The translations under genes were made by a program, and so were the position numbers. From an uncultured virus (IMG/VR IMGVR_UViG_3300028805_000105) (lineage: Duplodnaviria; Heunggongvirae; Uroviricota; Caudoviricetes), in the IMG/VR virus record IMGVR_UViG_3300028805_000105: a stretch of 64,000 nt of DNA. One strand, given 5' to 3'. Position 1 is the first letter of the stretch; each line of letters begins with the position of its first letter. Positions 17,860-28,514 of this stretch are shown here, piece after piece. The notes under the pieces are model-generated. The model was not told the DNA's origin and searched no databases. It was given only the letters and a program-made list of their open reading frames with translations.

Positions 17860-18243
17860 ATGGCATACCTGAAAAGATACAAGATGCGCATCAACGAAGC
17901 CATCATCAAACTGACCTACGCAGGCGTTGACGTGACCTGCCACTTCGAGAACGGCAACATGCGCCTGAACCAATGCGCCACCATGCAGACCTCGAACGAG
18001 ATTGTGCAGCGCGCCATTGAACACAGCGACCTGTACGGCAGACACATCTTGCCCGATGGCGACCCGATTCCGCTGGAGCAGGCCAAGAAAGCCTTTTCCC
18101 CGGAAAGCATCGTGAACATTCAACAGTTGCGCGACTACCTCGTGGAGGAATGCGGATGCGACCGTCAGAAGGTTTCATCGCCCAACGCCATGAAGGCCAA
18201 AGTCAAGGAGCTTGGCATCGAGTTGCCGAACATGAAATGGTAA
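17860..18243 (+). CDS. Hypothetical virion-module protein
   Basis: 127 aa after MCP. Confidence 0.7.
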   Translation: MAYLKRYKMRINEAIIKLTYAGVDVTCHFENGNMRLNQCATMQTSNEIVQRAIEHSDLYGRHILPDGDPIPLEQAKKAFSPESIVNIQQLRDYLVEECGCDRQKVSSPNAMKAKVKELGIELPNMKW

Positions 18244-18260
18244 ACCAGTAAAAAAGAATC

Positions 18261-19130
18261 ATGCTACCCCTTTATTTCAGCGATATTAAGGCGTATGTGA
18301 AGGCAAGGCTGGACGAGTTGTCGAACAACGAGGACGCTTTGCTTGTGCAATCGGACAACGCCGTGGAGGACTTGGATAAGGAGATAGAAGCCGCTGTGCT
18401 TCCATCGGTGCGCAAGATGCACCTTGACGCGCCCAACGTGCTGTTGAAAGACGGCTATCCCTTGGAGAAGTTCCCGTGTTATTGCGAGACCGCGGGAAGG
18501 GACGACGAGGACGAAATGGTGCTTGTCGTCGAGCCTAAGACGCTCATCTTCCCGCCCGAAGGGGGTATGCAGAATGTCATCGTCCGCACGGTGCCGAGCT
18601 GGGAGGTGGATGTGAGCGAGGGAGAGCCGGAGCGCACGCTCCAGCTGGAATACTACAAATACTTCCTCGTGCTGCCGTCAGACTTCCTGCGTCTCGTCAC
18701 CTTGCAGATGAGCGACTGGGACAGGCCGATACAGACCTTGGTCAACGAGGACAGCGCGGAGTACCGCAAGCAACGCAACCGTTACCTACGCGGCACAAAC
18801 ACCAAGCCGATAGGCGCGTTGGTGCATCAGAACGGCATCGCAATGGCCGAGCTGTATTCCTGCACCTCGAACGTGGCCACCATGATGTTCGGCCAGTATG
18901 TCCCCGAGCCTTACGTCCTGACCTATAACGGCGACAAGTACACCTCTATCTGCGCGCCTTTGAAGTACCCATGCCTCAACCAAATCACGGCGCATGTGCT
19001 TCGCGGCATCGGCAAGACTCAAGAGGCTGCGCAATACGACCGCATGGCGGTGCAGCCCTTCTATATCGACCCGGATTACGCACGGCTCAACCCGCCTGTC
19101 GGAGAAAGATTCAACACCACACAACAATAA
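18261..19130 (+). CDS. Adaptor/tail tubular A-like protein with internal BACON-like segment
   Basis: LPSDFLRLV...MSDW...RGTNTKP; EPKTLIFPPEGG...SWEV insert. Confidence 0.5.
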   Translation: MLPLYFSDIKAYVKARLDELSNNEDALLVQSDNAVEDLDKEIEAAVLPSVRKMHLDAPNVLLKDGYPLEKFPCYCETAGRDDEDEMVLVVEPKTLIFPPEGGMQNVIVRTVPSWEVDVSEGEPERTLQLEYYKYFLVLPSDFLRLVTLQMSDWDRPIQTLVNEDSAEYRKQRNRYLRGTNTKPIGALVHQNGIAMAELYSCTSNVATMMFGQYVPEPYVLTYNGDKYTSICAPLKYPCLNQITAHVLRGIGKTQEAAQYDRMAVQPFYIDPDYARLNPPVGERFNTTQQ

Positions 19131-19142
19131 AGAAAACGAGCA

Positions 19143-19835
19143 ATGATATACAACGATGTAGATTGGATGTCGGTCAACGACCACGGAGCGACTTCAGGGA
19201 ACGGTTACCTTACCCATTCCTGCCTCGGCCCCTACAAAGGCCGTGTGCAGCGCAGGGGCTACACCACCGTAACCGTGGATGACGACAGCGAGAACCCGCC
19301 CACGGCGCAGATTGAGTTCATACAGCTGCCGCTGCCCGAGTACATCATCTTCGACCAAGTGTCGTATGCGGCCACGGCTGCAGGCGGTCAAATCACCATC
19401 ACGGGCAGGACAAACTCCCCGAGACTTGACTTCGCCCTGACTGTGGATGCCGACGGCATCGGCACCTTGCCGACCTACTTCAGCATCCAACCCGCTGGCG
19501 ATATTACGCCGACTGGCAACCAAGCCGTGAGCGGACAGACCTTTGCGGGCGACCCGGGCGCGACCAAGGAAATCGCCTTTTCCATCGTCATCACCATTGC
19601 AGCCAACACCACCATCAGTTCAAGATACTGCACCCTGACGGCCACAGGATCAACTGGAGTGACGGGGCAGGCCAACATCATACAAGCCGCAGGTTCAAGC
19701 TACATCTATGTTGACACGACAGGCACGACCAGCAAGACCATCACCTTCGGTGCCAACGGCCAAAGCAACGGTTCAAGCAGCGTCGATGTTGATGTGCTGT
19801 CGAATGATGATTGGGAGGTAAACGTACATGAATGA
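19143..19835 (+). CDS. BACON/Ig-like tail-associated protein
   Basis: SGNG...GRVQR, TITFGANG...VDVLSNDDWEV. Confidence 0.6.
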   Translation: MIYNDVDWMSVNDHGATSGNGYLTHSCLGPYKGRVQRRGYTTVTVDDDSENPPTAQIEFIQLPLPEYIIFDQVSYAATAAGGQITITGRTNSPRLDFALTVDADGIGTLPTYFSIQPAGDITPTGNQAVSGQTFAGDPGATKEIAFSIVITIAANTTISSRYCTLTATGSTGVTGQANIIQAAGSSYIYVDTTGTTSKTITFGANGQSNGSSSVDVDVLSNDDWEVNVHE

Positions 19836-19847
19836 TAAGGAGGGAGC

Positions 19848-20411
19848 ATGAGCAGCACGGCATACGGATTTGTGACCATCAACGACCATGACGATTTGTC
19901 GGGCAATGGGCAATTGTCATTCAGTGTGCAATCACACACTGGTAGGGACGAGAGGTCGAAACAGTTTGACCTTGAAGCCGACCACGGAGGGCAGGCCAAC
20001 ATTGAGGTGGTGCAGAGTGCCGCAGGTGTCATCATGGCGATAGACCGCTTCGAGGACAGCAACGGCAACACCGTGAACGCCATTGGCCATGCGGGAGGCT
20101 TGTACTACATGGTCGGCCATGCCAATGTGAACTTCCTTGAGGCGACGGAGGCCGACGGCACGTCGTACACCGACCTCAACGACATGAACAACGGCGAGGC
20201 GTGGACCAACGGCTTCACGATTACGGAAGCCAATGGAACAGTGCATACGGGCATCATGTTTGAATCGAGCATTGCATACGGCACCGATGCGCAATACACC
20301 TTCAAGATACCCGTGGTGTTCCAAAAGACCAATACACTCAGGAAGATTACATTCGAATTGACTGACGACGTTAGCGTTGTCAGTTCTGATATTGAACAGG
20401 AGGCGGAGTAG
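19848..20411 (+). CDS. BACON-like protein
   Basis: SGNGQLSFSV..HTGRDER...IEVVQSA. Confidence 0.55.
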   Translation: MSSTAYGFVTINDHDDLSGNGQLSFSVQSHTGRDERSKQFDLEADHGGQANIEVVQSAAGVIMAIDRFEDSNGNTVNAIGHAGGLYYMVGHANVNFLEATEADGTSYTDLNDMNNGEAWTNGFTITEANGTVHTGIMFESSIAYGTDAQYTFKIPVVFQKTNTLRKITFELTDDVSVVSSDIEQEAE

Positions 20412-20415
20412 AACC

Positions 20416-20772
20416 ATGGCTACGAACAGGATACCCATTACGCAAGGCTCAACCTACAAGTTGCGGTTCACCTACAGGAAAAACGGCATCCAGTCAGTTA
20501 TTCCCGAAGGCTATGACCTTATTGTTGGTGTCTATACCACGAAAGGCAAACCTGTTTTGTCGGCCAAACTCAGCAACGGCAGCATTATACGAGACGCGAG
20601 TGCGGTAGAACCAATTTACATTTGGAAGGTGAGCCATGAGGACAGCGTAAACCTTGTTGGTGCGTACAATGTTGAAGTGAGTGTTGTTGACGATCAACTG
20701 ACAGAGGTTTACCACTGCACAAGCCTTGTAACACTTGATTTTGCTGAACGCCACAACAACCAACTTCTATGA
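20416..20772 (+). CDS. Tail-associated beta-sandwich protein (BppU N-terminal-like)
   Basis: IPITQGST...SHEDSVNLVGAY. Confidence 0.5.
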   Translation: MATNRIPITQGSTYKLRFTYRKNGIQSVIPEGYDLIVGVYTTKGKPVLSAKLSNGSIIRDASAVEPIYIWKVSHEDSVNLVGAYNVEVSVVDDQLTEVYHCTSLVTLDFAERHNNQLL

Positions 20773-20996
20773 GCGCGGACAGACATACTATAGATATAGA
20801 GGTTCTGACCGAAGGGCTGGAGGTGGGACAGCCTGACATTGCCAATGGCCCAGCAGTAACAGTGGAGTTGGACAATGGTATCAACATAGGCGTGATACCT
20901 GGACTTCATTACTTGGTGCTTACGGAGGAACAATACGACAACCTTGATGTTGTTGATGACAACATGTTCTATTTCATATACGAGGATGAGGTATGA
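20769..20996 (+). CDS. Small tail-associated protein
   Basis: LTEEQYDNL...DNMFYFIYE motif seen in fibre-associated proteins. Confidence 0.6.
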   Translation: MSADRHTIDIEVLTEGLEVGQPDIANGPAVTVELDNGINIGVIPGLHYLVLTEEQYDNLDVVDDNMFYFIYEDEV

Positions 20997-21148
20997 GTAG
21001 TGTTGGTAGAAAAGATATAGTCGATGTTCGCAAAGGCCGTTTGGCTTTTGTGGAGATACGCAGGGGCGCAAGATTGGTGTGGTCAGCCATCAGGGAAGGT
21101 CTCGGATGGTTTTGGGGTGACGGATGGTTTCACGGTGATTCATGGTAA
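20993..21148 (+). CDS. Small Trp-rich protein (51 aa, not in ORF track)
   Basis: MSSVGRKDIV...LVWSAIREGLGWFWGDGWFHGDSW; ATGA overlap with previous stop. Confidence 0.6.
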   Translation: MSSVGRKDIVDVRKGRLAFVEIRRGARLVWSAIREGLGWFWGDGWFHGDSW

Positions 21149-21166
21149 ACGACAATACAAAAGGCA

Positions 21167-24100
21167 ATGGCAAGAAGAAGAGTAATAAACGAGCCGATAC
21201 CCGATTTAACGACACCATGGTCGGGTACTGACGCACAAGGCCAATACGGCTACGACAAATCGCGTGTTGAGGATTTGTTGAAGTCGGTGATTGGATTAAA
21301 GTTGGGGTCATTAAAGACTACGGTGGTTGACAACTACATCCATATCCTTGGTTTTGCGACCGAGGCCGATGCGACAACATACATGTCAGACCCCTCGGCA
21401 CACGCAAGTTTGCTTCTTATGGACTTGCCAACGCAGATTGCCATGACCACAGGCGCGACCTATTCGGCGCGTCTTTTCGTGCATACAGACAATGCCACCG
21501 ACAAACCAATCATCTCCATCACGAAGGATTTCAAGGCCAAGATTCGCTTTTGCGGCACCGTGACCGACAACGGTGTTACAGAGAACGCTGGCCTGATGGG
21601 TACGCTTACCTTCCAGCGGAGCATCAACAACGGTGTGAGTTGGACCACAGTAGGCACACAATACATCAACAGCCGCGACCTTGAAGCCACGACCGTTTGG
21701 GATGAGATAGACATCGGCCAATACTTTTCTACCAGCAACCCACAGCAAATCAGGGTGAGGGCAAGTTATACTGTCTATGACGACAATGGCGATGTGGTGA
21801 CAACGGCGCAGAGCGCATGGCAGACTTGGAGCAATGTAACCTATACGCAGCTCACCATCCAGAACATGGTGGCAATCAACCGCCCCATCATGGCGGCAGA
21901 CGGCGTTTTCCCGTTGAGTTTCGCCATAGGCGGTGCCGTTGACAAAGTGCTGCATGTGCAGGTCAGCGGCTCTTTGGGTACCTATACCTATAACAGTTCG
22001 ACCATTCCAGCCTCAACGGAATATCCGACCACATCGCCATTAACATGGTCGGAGGTGGAGAAACAGAACATCGGCATATTGACGCACGGCATCCATACCG
22101 TCACGGCATGGGTGACTTGCGAGGACGGCGACGGCAACGAATTGTCGAGTGATGTCGTTGTGAGCCGCTTTATGGTGGTCAATCCCCAAACCGAAGGAGC
22201 GGACTTGACAGCCCCGTTCCTGATGCTTCAGCAGGTGAAGCAGAACGTGGTGAACTTCGTAAGGGTGATATTGGCGAGTTACGCCGTTTGGATTCCCGAT
22301 GCCAACGATCCAACTGTGGCAAGTAGCGACACAATGCCCATCTCCATCCGTCTTACCGACTATTGCGAGAACGATACCGACTACAATACGGAATACATGA
22401 GGAGCGAGGTCAATGTACGCTCCAATACCATCTATGACATTGACACCACCGTTGAGGTTGAGGGCAGCGATGCGGAATACACGGCCTATCTCCGCATATT
22501 CCGCTACGGTGCGAACGATACGCCCATCAACTTCATGTTTGAGAGCATACACCAGCGGAACATCACGATTACGGTTGACAACTCGGAGGACTACAGCCCC
22601 GTTGCCGGAGCGCATTTCGTGCTGAACCCCAAAAACCGCAACAACAGCGAGAGCAACCCGTTTGTCATCATCAACCAGCGGACGGGCGAGGTGGTTGCTT
22701 CCTCTTGGTCAGGGTTCAACGGCAACATTGACACCTGGATCACGGATTCGAACAACCAAAAGGTGTTGAGGGTGCTTGCTGGAGAATACCTTATTATATA
22801 CTATGAGCCGTTTTCGCAGTTCAAGACTGACGGCGAGGCAGAATTGACCATCGACATTGACTTCGCCGTGCGCAACATTACCCAAGAGGATGAGCCTATC
22901 ATTGACATTTGCCAAACTGTGGCGGGTGAACTCTTGGGATTGCGCATGTTGCCGTTGGAAGGATTTATCAAGTGTGTCGGCAACCAAAGCAACGACAACC
23001 AAAACTTTGGATGGGAAGAGGGGAAGAGAAACCATGTTTCCATTGTGATAGACCCCGAAGTTATCACCAAGGCAGCAGACGAATTGACATGGCAGCAGAC
23101 GCTGAACGGAGCCACAAGTTATCCGCTTTCGTTGGCGAAGGTGTATGTCAACGGCAAGCCCGAGCGTGAATTGGTCTATGCCCAACTTGGAAGCACCCCG
23201 TCAGCGGGTACATGGTGCCAAGGTGACGGACACGGCGGCATCAAGATAGGAAACCCACACGCCGACATCGACATTTACGGCATCAGGTGCTACCGCTCCG
23301 CACTATCAGCCGAACAGGTGAGGCAAAACCGTGTGGCCTCGTTGCCAACGGCAGAAGAGAAGCGGGCCATGAAAACCCGCAATGCCATCACCACCAGCGG
23401 AAGAATAGATTACGAGAAGGCCAAGGCGGCGGGATTCCGTTGCCTTACACTTGTTGGCCAAGACCAATACAAACTCAATCAGAGCAAAGACCCGGGCTAT
23501 CCCTGTTATTGGCGCATTGACCATGACAACCCGAATTTGAGCGGCACGATAGGAAAAGCCGCCTATTTGGCTTACATCAACGGCTTGCTTGGCGATGCGA
23601 AATGCCTGATGGTCACCCCCCAAGGCTCTACCGCAAACACCTATTGGGACAACAACGAGCAGACAAAGGTGGACGGCATCACCTTCCGCATCATCATCCC
23701 GTTCTCAAAGGTGCATTCCGATTTCGGTTGGAAAGCCGCGAAGAGTACTGGCGAGGATTGCGCCAACCCGATGTATCTCGACGGAGAGCGCATCGAAGGC
23801 ACAAGTTACGCTTCGCTCACCGACGAGCAGAAAGCCCGTGTTACCATAGAAGTGGTGGACGGTTGGTTTGACGGAAACGGCTGGAGTGATAATGTCGGTG
23901 AGATGGGCATGTACCACGGACAATTCTATACTTCCTATATTGGTGGCCCCAAATGCACGAAGCTGGTCAACAAGATCAACTACGCATCGCCCATGCAGAG
24001 CCACAAGATGGCCGCAACCCGTCTTTATCATGACACGATGCAGGCCGTGACAGGAGGCAACTCGTTGACACAGGCAGGCGCAAGATTCTCGGTCTATGAA

Positions 24101-27100
24101 GATAACTTCCTTTTCTTCACCGAGCATCCGCAAGACAATGGCAAGGTGGAGTTCAGGGGCATGTGTACCTTCGGCCACGGCAAGTTTGACAAAGCCGTGT
24201 TCGGATACAAGGCAGATGACAGGACTTTTGCCTTTGAGGGATTGAACAACAACTTGCCGCTGTGTGACTTCCGTGTGCCAGCCGATGAGAATGTTGTTTA
24301 CAATCCCGACGATGAGGCATGGTGTTACAACGGCACCAAGAGTTTTGAGTACGGACTTGGAGCGACGCAGAAGATTAACGGTAAGAAATACCCCATTGCC
24401 ATCAACGACACCATCTTCAGGCGTTATGTGAACTTTATCTATTGCCACACCACTTCGCTCCGCTACTACAACGGCACGAAAGATGCCTTCTTGTTGGCTT
24501 GGGAGAATATGAGGACGCAGGCCGCCACCGACAACGATGTGGCCACGGAAATGGCAGAGATGCAGAAACACCAATATTGGTGTACGCAGGGCTATTACGC
24601 CTTCCATCTGTTGCGTTACGATTTCGTCAACGACGGATGGACAGACGCGGGTACATGGGATCAAGAGAACTTGACCTATACCGCAGGTGTGCGCAACCTG
24701 ACCACCGACGGCATGACCGCAGCTGCATACGCTAATTGGGTGGCTGGCCCCGATTATGGCGACTATTCCAAACTGAACACCATCTTTAGACATGCCATTG
24801 CCCAGCACGGAGCCGACAATTTCGGCTCGGTCGGCCATGTTCAGAACCACTTGACGCATTACAATCTCGTCAACTTCTTCATGGCGGGTACTGACAACTG
24901 CTCAAAGAACACCTATTATCAATATGACCCTGTAAGCGGTGTGATTTGGCTTGACCAAGATGACCTTGATTCCATCCTGAAGACCGACAACAACGGCAGA
25001 CAGACCAAGGTGTATTTCCTTGACCGCATCCACGACCAAGCGGATTATGTCAACGGATACAAGACTCAGACGGACTATGAAGGCAGCGGCTCGTCGCTGT
25101 TCAATCTCCTTGAAGTTGCATACGAGGAAATCGGCACAGGCTTGCGCTCCAATATGCGTTCCGTGCTGACGGCCATGTCGGGGCTGGTGAGTGCCACAGA
25201 TGGCTACGACATCAGCGTTTACGGATGCCTTGAAAAGTATTTCTTCTCGGTACAGAACTATTTCCCAGAAGTGGCTTATGCTGAACAAGCAAGATTGAGA
25301 TATGAATGGCCGAAGTCGTTCGGTTATATCTCCTACGGCAACCAAGCCCGTGGTGTTGACCCCATCACGCAACAGGTAGGTAGCCAGTTGGAGAGCGAGA
25401 GACAATATATGAAGCGCAGACTTGCGCTTGTTGCCAGTTATGCGTGTTGGGGTGACTTCTCAAGCGGTGTGAACAGCGGTGTTGTCGGACTTGAAGACAG
25501 CGGTGCGGCACTTTCCATGTCGCCCGGCAGCGGCTATATCGGTGGAGAATACACATTTGAGGTGGTGCCTCACCAATGGCTATATCCAACAGGAGCAAAA
25601 GACCGTGTGACCGTTGACCCACATGTGCGCGTGGCCCCGGGCGAAACATACAGATTCACGGTGTCAACATCAGGTGAAATTAGCGGTGATTCATCGGTGA
25701 GCCTTGCCGCATTAAACTACTACCGCAAGATTGGCAATATCGGCGACATGGTTTGCCACAATGACACTTTGACCGTGATAGGCAACCGCCTGACGGACTT
25801 TATAGCCGAGCCTACCAATGGAAGCACATCGTTTGCCCCAGGCACGATTAACCTTTCCACACCCAACCTGCAAAGGCTTTCGCTTAAAGGATGCAGCACC
25901 ATTGCGGGGACAAAGGACTTTTCCTCATTGACGAGACTTGAATCAATAGACTTGCGCGGAACCTCGATAGCAACGGCATTGATACCAGCATCATCATTGC
26001 TGACAACGCTTCATCTTCCTGCAACCATCGTTTCGCTGACCTTGGCGGCACAACCATCGCTTACGACACTGACTATGGAAGGATACGCCTCGCTTGAATC
26101 GTTGAGCGTTACAGGATGCCCGTTGGTTCCTACGAAGCAAATAGTGGTAGCCACATACGAGGCCCAGCAGACGGAACAGAAGTTGAACACGCTTGTTTTG
26201 AGGGATTTGGCGTGGACGGATTTGTCGGTAGATGTGCTTTCGTGGATGGCAGACCTTCAGAACATCAACATCAACGGCACCATCGGCATCAATGAACCCA
26301 ACCCGACGCAGAATGCGGTCACTTTCCCCTTGAAGGATAAGTTCAACAAGAAATGGGGCAATGTGGATGATGCGACCAGCGCAGACTATCAGGGCCTGTT
26401 GCTGGATTATGCCAAAAGACAGGTTGCATCGGCTTCGATCAAGGGAAATTTCTACAACGACGGAGGTACGGAATACCCGTTCAGCATCGTACCCAACTCG
26501 ACCTATGTAAACGGCTTCACCAAGATACGCTGGTCTCTTTCGGGCTTGCAGTACACGCAGGCGACTATTGACCCCGTTACAGGAGTCCTGACGGTTCAAT
26601 CATTGTCAAATTTCAGCGATACGGCAACGGTCACGGCCATGATAACCACCTATTACGATGGTACATACAGCATGATAACCGTATCGAAGGAAATATCATT
26701 GTACAACAGAAAGGCCGCATTGGGCGATTATGTGTACCATGACGGCACCTATTCATCGCCCAACACCTACGATGGAGAAAAACAGGTGATTGGCATTTGC
26801 TGCTACCTTGCACCCGAGGATTCGCAGGGCAATATCGTTGCCGAGTTGTTCCATCCACAGGACAAACAGAAGCGTTTGATGGTGGCACTGCAAAATGTGT
26901 CGGCCACGGGTAGCCAAAGCAGTGGTGGATTGACATTCACTTCATGGCAATGGGGTTCGTATAGGAATACGAACGAGGCGGAATATGCTTCAAGATGTAT
27001 TCACGACTTGGTTCCAGCGGACGGAAACAACTATTATCATGCGTTGAAATGCCCTGAAGCCAATCTTACGACATCGACATTCTACGACATTCCGACCATC

Positions 27101-27940
27101 AACAACTTCACGACCACTGGCGCATCGAGTTCTACCATCAACGATGCGAACATGCGTGACGAAACAAGCACCTTGGGCATTCAGAACCATGGATTCAAGC
27201 CCTACGCCTACAATGTGGCCAACGGTGACGGTGTGACTGGTGGCAATGTGGCTGGTAGTTCGTATGCAGACGGCGACATCGGAGCTCGCACTTTGGATGC
27301 TTCATTGGCCGCTCTTGCAGGTGACGGCTATTCGGTAGGCGACATTGTGAACAGCGGCTATGCCAAGACACTGAAAATCATTGAGCATCGTAACAAGATT
27401 CTGAACAACGGTGTGGTGATGATCCCCGCTGACCCTGATAATGGAGTTTTGGAAGACCGTCTTGGCCCTCTCGACACCCCTCATGCTGGCAACGGACAAA
27501 CTGAATTGGAGAGCCTTGCAAGCCTGATGGGTACATTGAGAAGCTACATGGCAAGCCATTATTCGGAAACGAACACAGCAAAATGGACTCAACTCTATTA
27601 TCCGGCTGCAAGTGCGGCCTACGCCTATCAGCCTACCGTGTCGGGCGACTTCGTCTTGGCCGAAAAATTCAAGGCTCACAACTGGTTCCTTCCTGCAAAC
27701 GGCTTGCTTGCAAGACTGTGCTGGTATCACAGGCAAGGCTACTCCAACACCCCCGAAAATAAAAACATCTTCAAGCAGGCGTATGCAGACAACCTCTTTG
27801 CTCAATTTACGTCGTCCGGCTACTGGAGTTCCTCGGAGTATTATAGTTACGGCGCATGGAGCGTCAGCTTTTCCAGTTTCAACTCCAACAACGACCGCAA
27901 GAACGGCAGCTACTATGTGAGGGCGGTCGCGGCATTTTAA
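21167..27940 (+). CDS. Giant tail fibre/receptor-binding protein with LamG-like, CotH-kinase-like, LRR and C-terminal C-type-lectin (DGR target) regions
   Basis: 2257 aa; DIDIYGIRCYRSAL, GTDNCSKN/QDDLDS, LxxLxL repeats, YWSSSE...YVRAVAAF. Confidence 0.8.
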   Translation: MARRRVINEPIPDLTTPWSGTDAQGQYGYDKSRVEDLLKSVIGLKLGSLKTTVVDNYIHILGFATEADATTYMSDPSAHASLLLMDLPTQIAMTTGATYSARLFVHTDNATDKPIISITKDFKAKIRFCGTVTDNGVTENAGLMGTLTFQRSINNGVSWTTVGTQYINSRDLEATTVWDEIDIGQYFSTSNPQQIRVRASYTVYDDNGDVVTTAQSAWQTWSNVTYTQLTIQNMVAINRPIMAADGVFPLSFAIGGAVDKVLHVQVSGSLGTYTYNSSTIPASTEYPTTSPLTWSEVEKQNIGILTHGIHTVTAWVTCEDGDGNELSSDVVVSRFMVVNPQTEGADLTAPFLMLQQVKQNVVNFVRVILASYAVWIPDANDPTVASSDTMPISIRLTDYCENDTDYNTEYMRSEVNVRSNTIYDIDTTVEVEGSDAEYTAYLRIFRYGANDTPINFMFESIHQRNITITVDNSEDYSPVAGAHFVLNPKNRNNSESNPFVIINQRTGEVVASSWSGFNGNIDTWITDSNNQKVLRVLAGEYLIIYYEPFSQFKTDGEAELTIDIDFAVRNITQEDEPIIDICQTVAGELLGLRMLPLEGFIKCVGNQSNDNQNFGWEEGKRNHVSIVIDPEVITKAADELTWQQTLNGATSYPLSLAKVYVNGKPERELVYAQLGSTPSAGTWCQGDGHGGIKIGNPHADIDIYGIRCYRSALSAEQVRQNRVASLPTAEEKRAMKTRNAITTSGRIDYEKAKAAGFRCLTLVGQDQYKLNQSKDPGYPCYWRIDHDNPNLSGTIGKAAYLAYINGLLGDAKCLMVTPQGSTANTYWDNNEQTKVDGITFRIIIPFSKVHSDFGWKAAKSTGEDCANPMYLDGERIEGTSYASLTDEQKARVTIEVVDGWFDGNGWSDNVGEMGMYHGQFYTSYIGGPKCTKLVNKINYASPMQSHKMAATRLYHDTMQAVTGGNSLTQAGARFSVYEDNFLFFTEHPQDNGKVEFRGMCTFGHGKFDKAVFGYKADDRTFAFEGLNNNLPLCDFRVPADENVVYNPDDEAWCYNGTKSFEYGLGATQKINGKKYPIAINDTIFRRYVNFIYCHTTSLRYYNGTKDAFLLAWENMRTQAATDNDVATEMAEMQKHQYWCTQGYYAFHLLRYDFVNDGWTDAGTWDQENLTYTAGVRNLTTDGMTAAAYANWVAGPDYGDYSKLNTIFRHAIAQHGADNFGSVGHVQNHLTHYNLVNFFMAGTDNCSKNTYYQYDPVSGVIWLDQDDLDSILKTDNNGRQTKVYFLDRIHDQADYVNGYKTQTDYEGSGSSLFNLLEVAYEEIGTGLRSNMRSVLTAMSGLVSATDGYDISVYGCLEKYFFSVQNYFPEVAYAEQARLRYEWPKSFGYISYGNQARGVDPITQQVGSQLESERQYMKRRLALVASYACWGDFSSGVNSGVVGLEDSGAALSMSPGSGYIGGEYTFEVVPHQWLYPTGAKDRVTVDPHVRVAPGETYRFTVSTSGEISGDSSVSLAALNYYRKIGNIGDMVCHNDTLTVIGNRLTDFIAEPTNGSTSFAPGTINLSTPNLQRLSLKGCSTIAGTKDFSSLTRLESIDLRGTSIATALIPASSLLTTLHLPATIVSLTLAAQPSLTTLTMEGYASLESLSVTGCPLVPTKQIVVATYEAQQTEQKLNTLVLRDLAWTDLSVDVLSWMADLQNININGTIGINEPNPTQNAVTFPLKDKFNKKWGNVDDATSADYQGLLLDYAKRQVASASIKGNFYNDGGTEYPFSIVPNSTYVNGFTKIRWSLSGLQYTQATIDPVTGVLTVQSLSNFSDTATVTAMITTYYDGTYSMITVSKEISLYNRKAALGDYVYHDGTYSSPNTYDGEKQVIGICCYLAPEDSQGNIVAELFHPQDKQKRLMVALQNVSATGSQSSGGLTFTSWQWGSYRNTNEAEYASRCIHDLVPADGNNYYHALKCPEANLTTSTFYDIPTINNFTTTGASSSTINDANMRDETSTLGIQNHGFKPYAYNVANGDGVTGGNVAGSSYADGDIGARTLDASLAALAGDGYSVGDIVNSGYAKTLKIIEHRNKILNNGVVMIPADPDNGVLEDRLGPLDTPHAGNGQTELESLASLMGTLRSYMASHYSETNTAKWTQLYYPAASAAYAYQPTVSGDFVLAEKFKAHNWFLPANGLLARLCWYHRQGYSNTPENKNIFKQAYADNLFAQFTSSGYWSSSEYYSYGAWSVSFSSFNSNNDRKNGSYYVRAVAAF

Positions 27941-27968
27941 TCTTTTGTGCGCGGCTTTGACGCCGCGC
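27818..27968 (+). repeat. DGR variable repeat VR1 plus IMH and GC hairpin
   Basis: 105/123 nt identical to 44587-44709 (minus); hairpin GCGCGGC-TTTGAC-GCCGCGC. Confidence 0.9.
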
Positions 27969-28084
27969 TCATAATTTGAGTATCTTTGCAGCCAAATAGA
28001 GTATTGAATAAGTCTGCTACACGAAGGGAAATCTGAATGTAGTGAAGATTAAACGCAAATACAAACTCTCAAACTATCTGTTAT

Positions 28085-28426
28085 ATGAACAAGAACTACA
28101 GCGACGAATTACCCGCTCCTTTCGTCCAAGACCCAGCAACACCTTCCCGGACGATAAATTTCTGCGTAGAAGAGCAGGTTGGTAGGGAAGAGGGCAGATA
28201 CTCCTATTATTCCGTTTCGGTTCCAATGACGCGATGGAACTATGACGGAATCGTGAACGCATTGATCACGGCGCAATATCCCAATGACAGGATGCAGGCC
28301 GTCATCAACAACTACCTGCTGGCCACACGCGAAGATGGCACGGAAGTGGTTGAGGAGTTTTTGGAAATGCAGGAGTGGCGTTCGATGTGCAAATCAACGG
28401 CAAAGTCCGTGTTGGGGATAGAATAG
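28085..28426 (+). CDS. Conserved Bacteroidota phage protein downstream of tail fibre
   Basis: YDGIVNALITAQY...AVINNYL...MQEWR. Confidence 0.7.
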   Translation: MNKNYSDELPAPFVQDPATPSRTINFCVEEQVGREEGRYSYYSVSVPMTRWNYDGIVNALITAQYPNDRMQAVINNYLLATREDGTEVVEEFLEMQEWRSMCKSTAKSVLGIE

Positions 28427-28431
28427 TCCTG

Positions 28432-28480
28432 TTTCTGACTTTTTACGCTATTTGAGCCTTACAAGTTTTCCATTTTTGCA
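28432..28480 (+). promoter_or_regulatory. Putative late promoter 2 (lysis operon)
   Basis: TTTCTGACTTTTTACG-N26-TTTTGCA. Confidence 0.8.
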
Positions 28481-28514
28481 TTTGTCAAACAGACAAATAA
28501 GGATAACTATAAAA

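Noticed and set aside
16023..17909. 628-aa minus-strand ORF, and similar long antisense ORFs at 5784-7442, 15026-16291 and 50977-52488
   Set aside because: Shadows of strongly codon-biased plus-strand genes, with no recognisable motifs
27969..28084. Possible DGR template repeat after the tail fibre
   Set aside because: No similarity to the VRs and no AAC-rich copy
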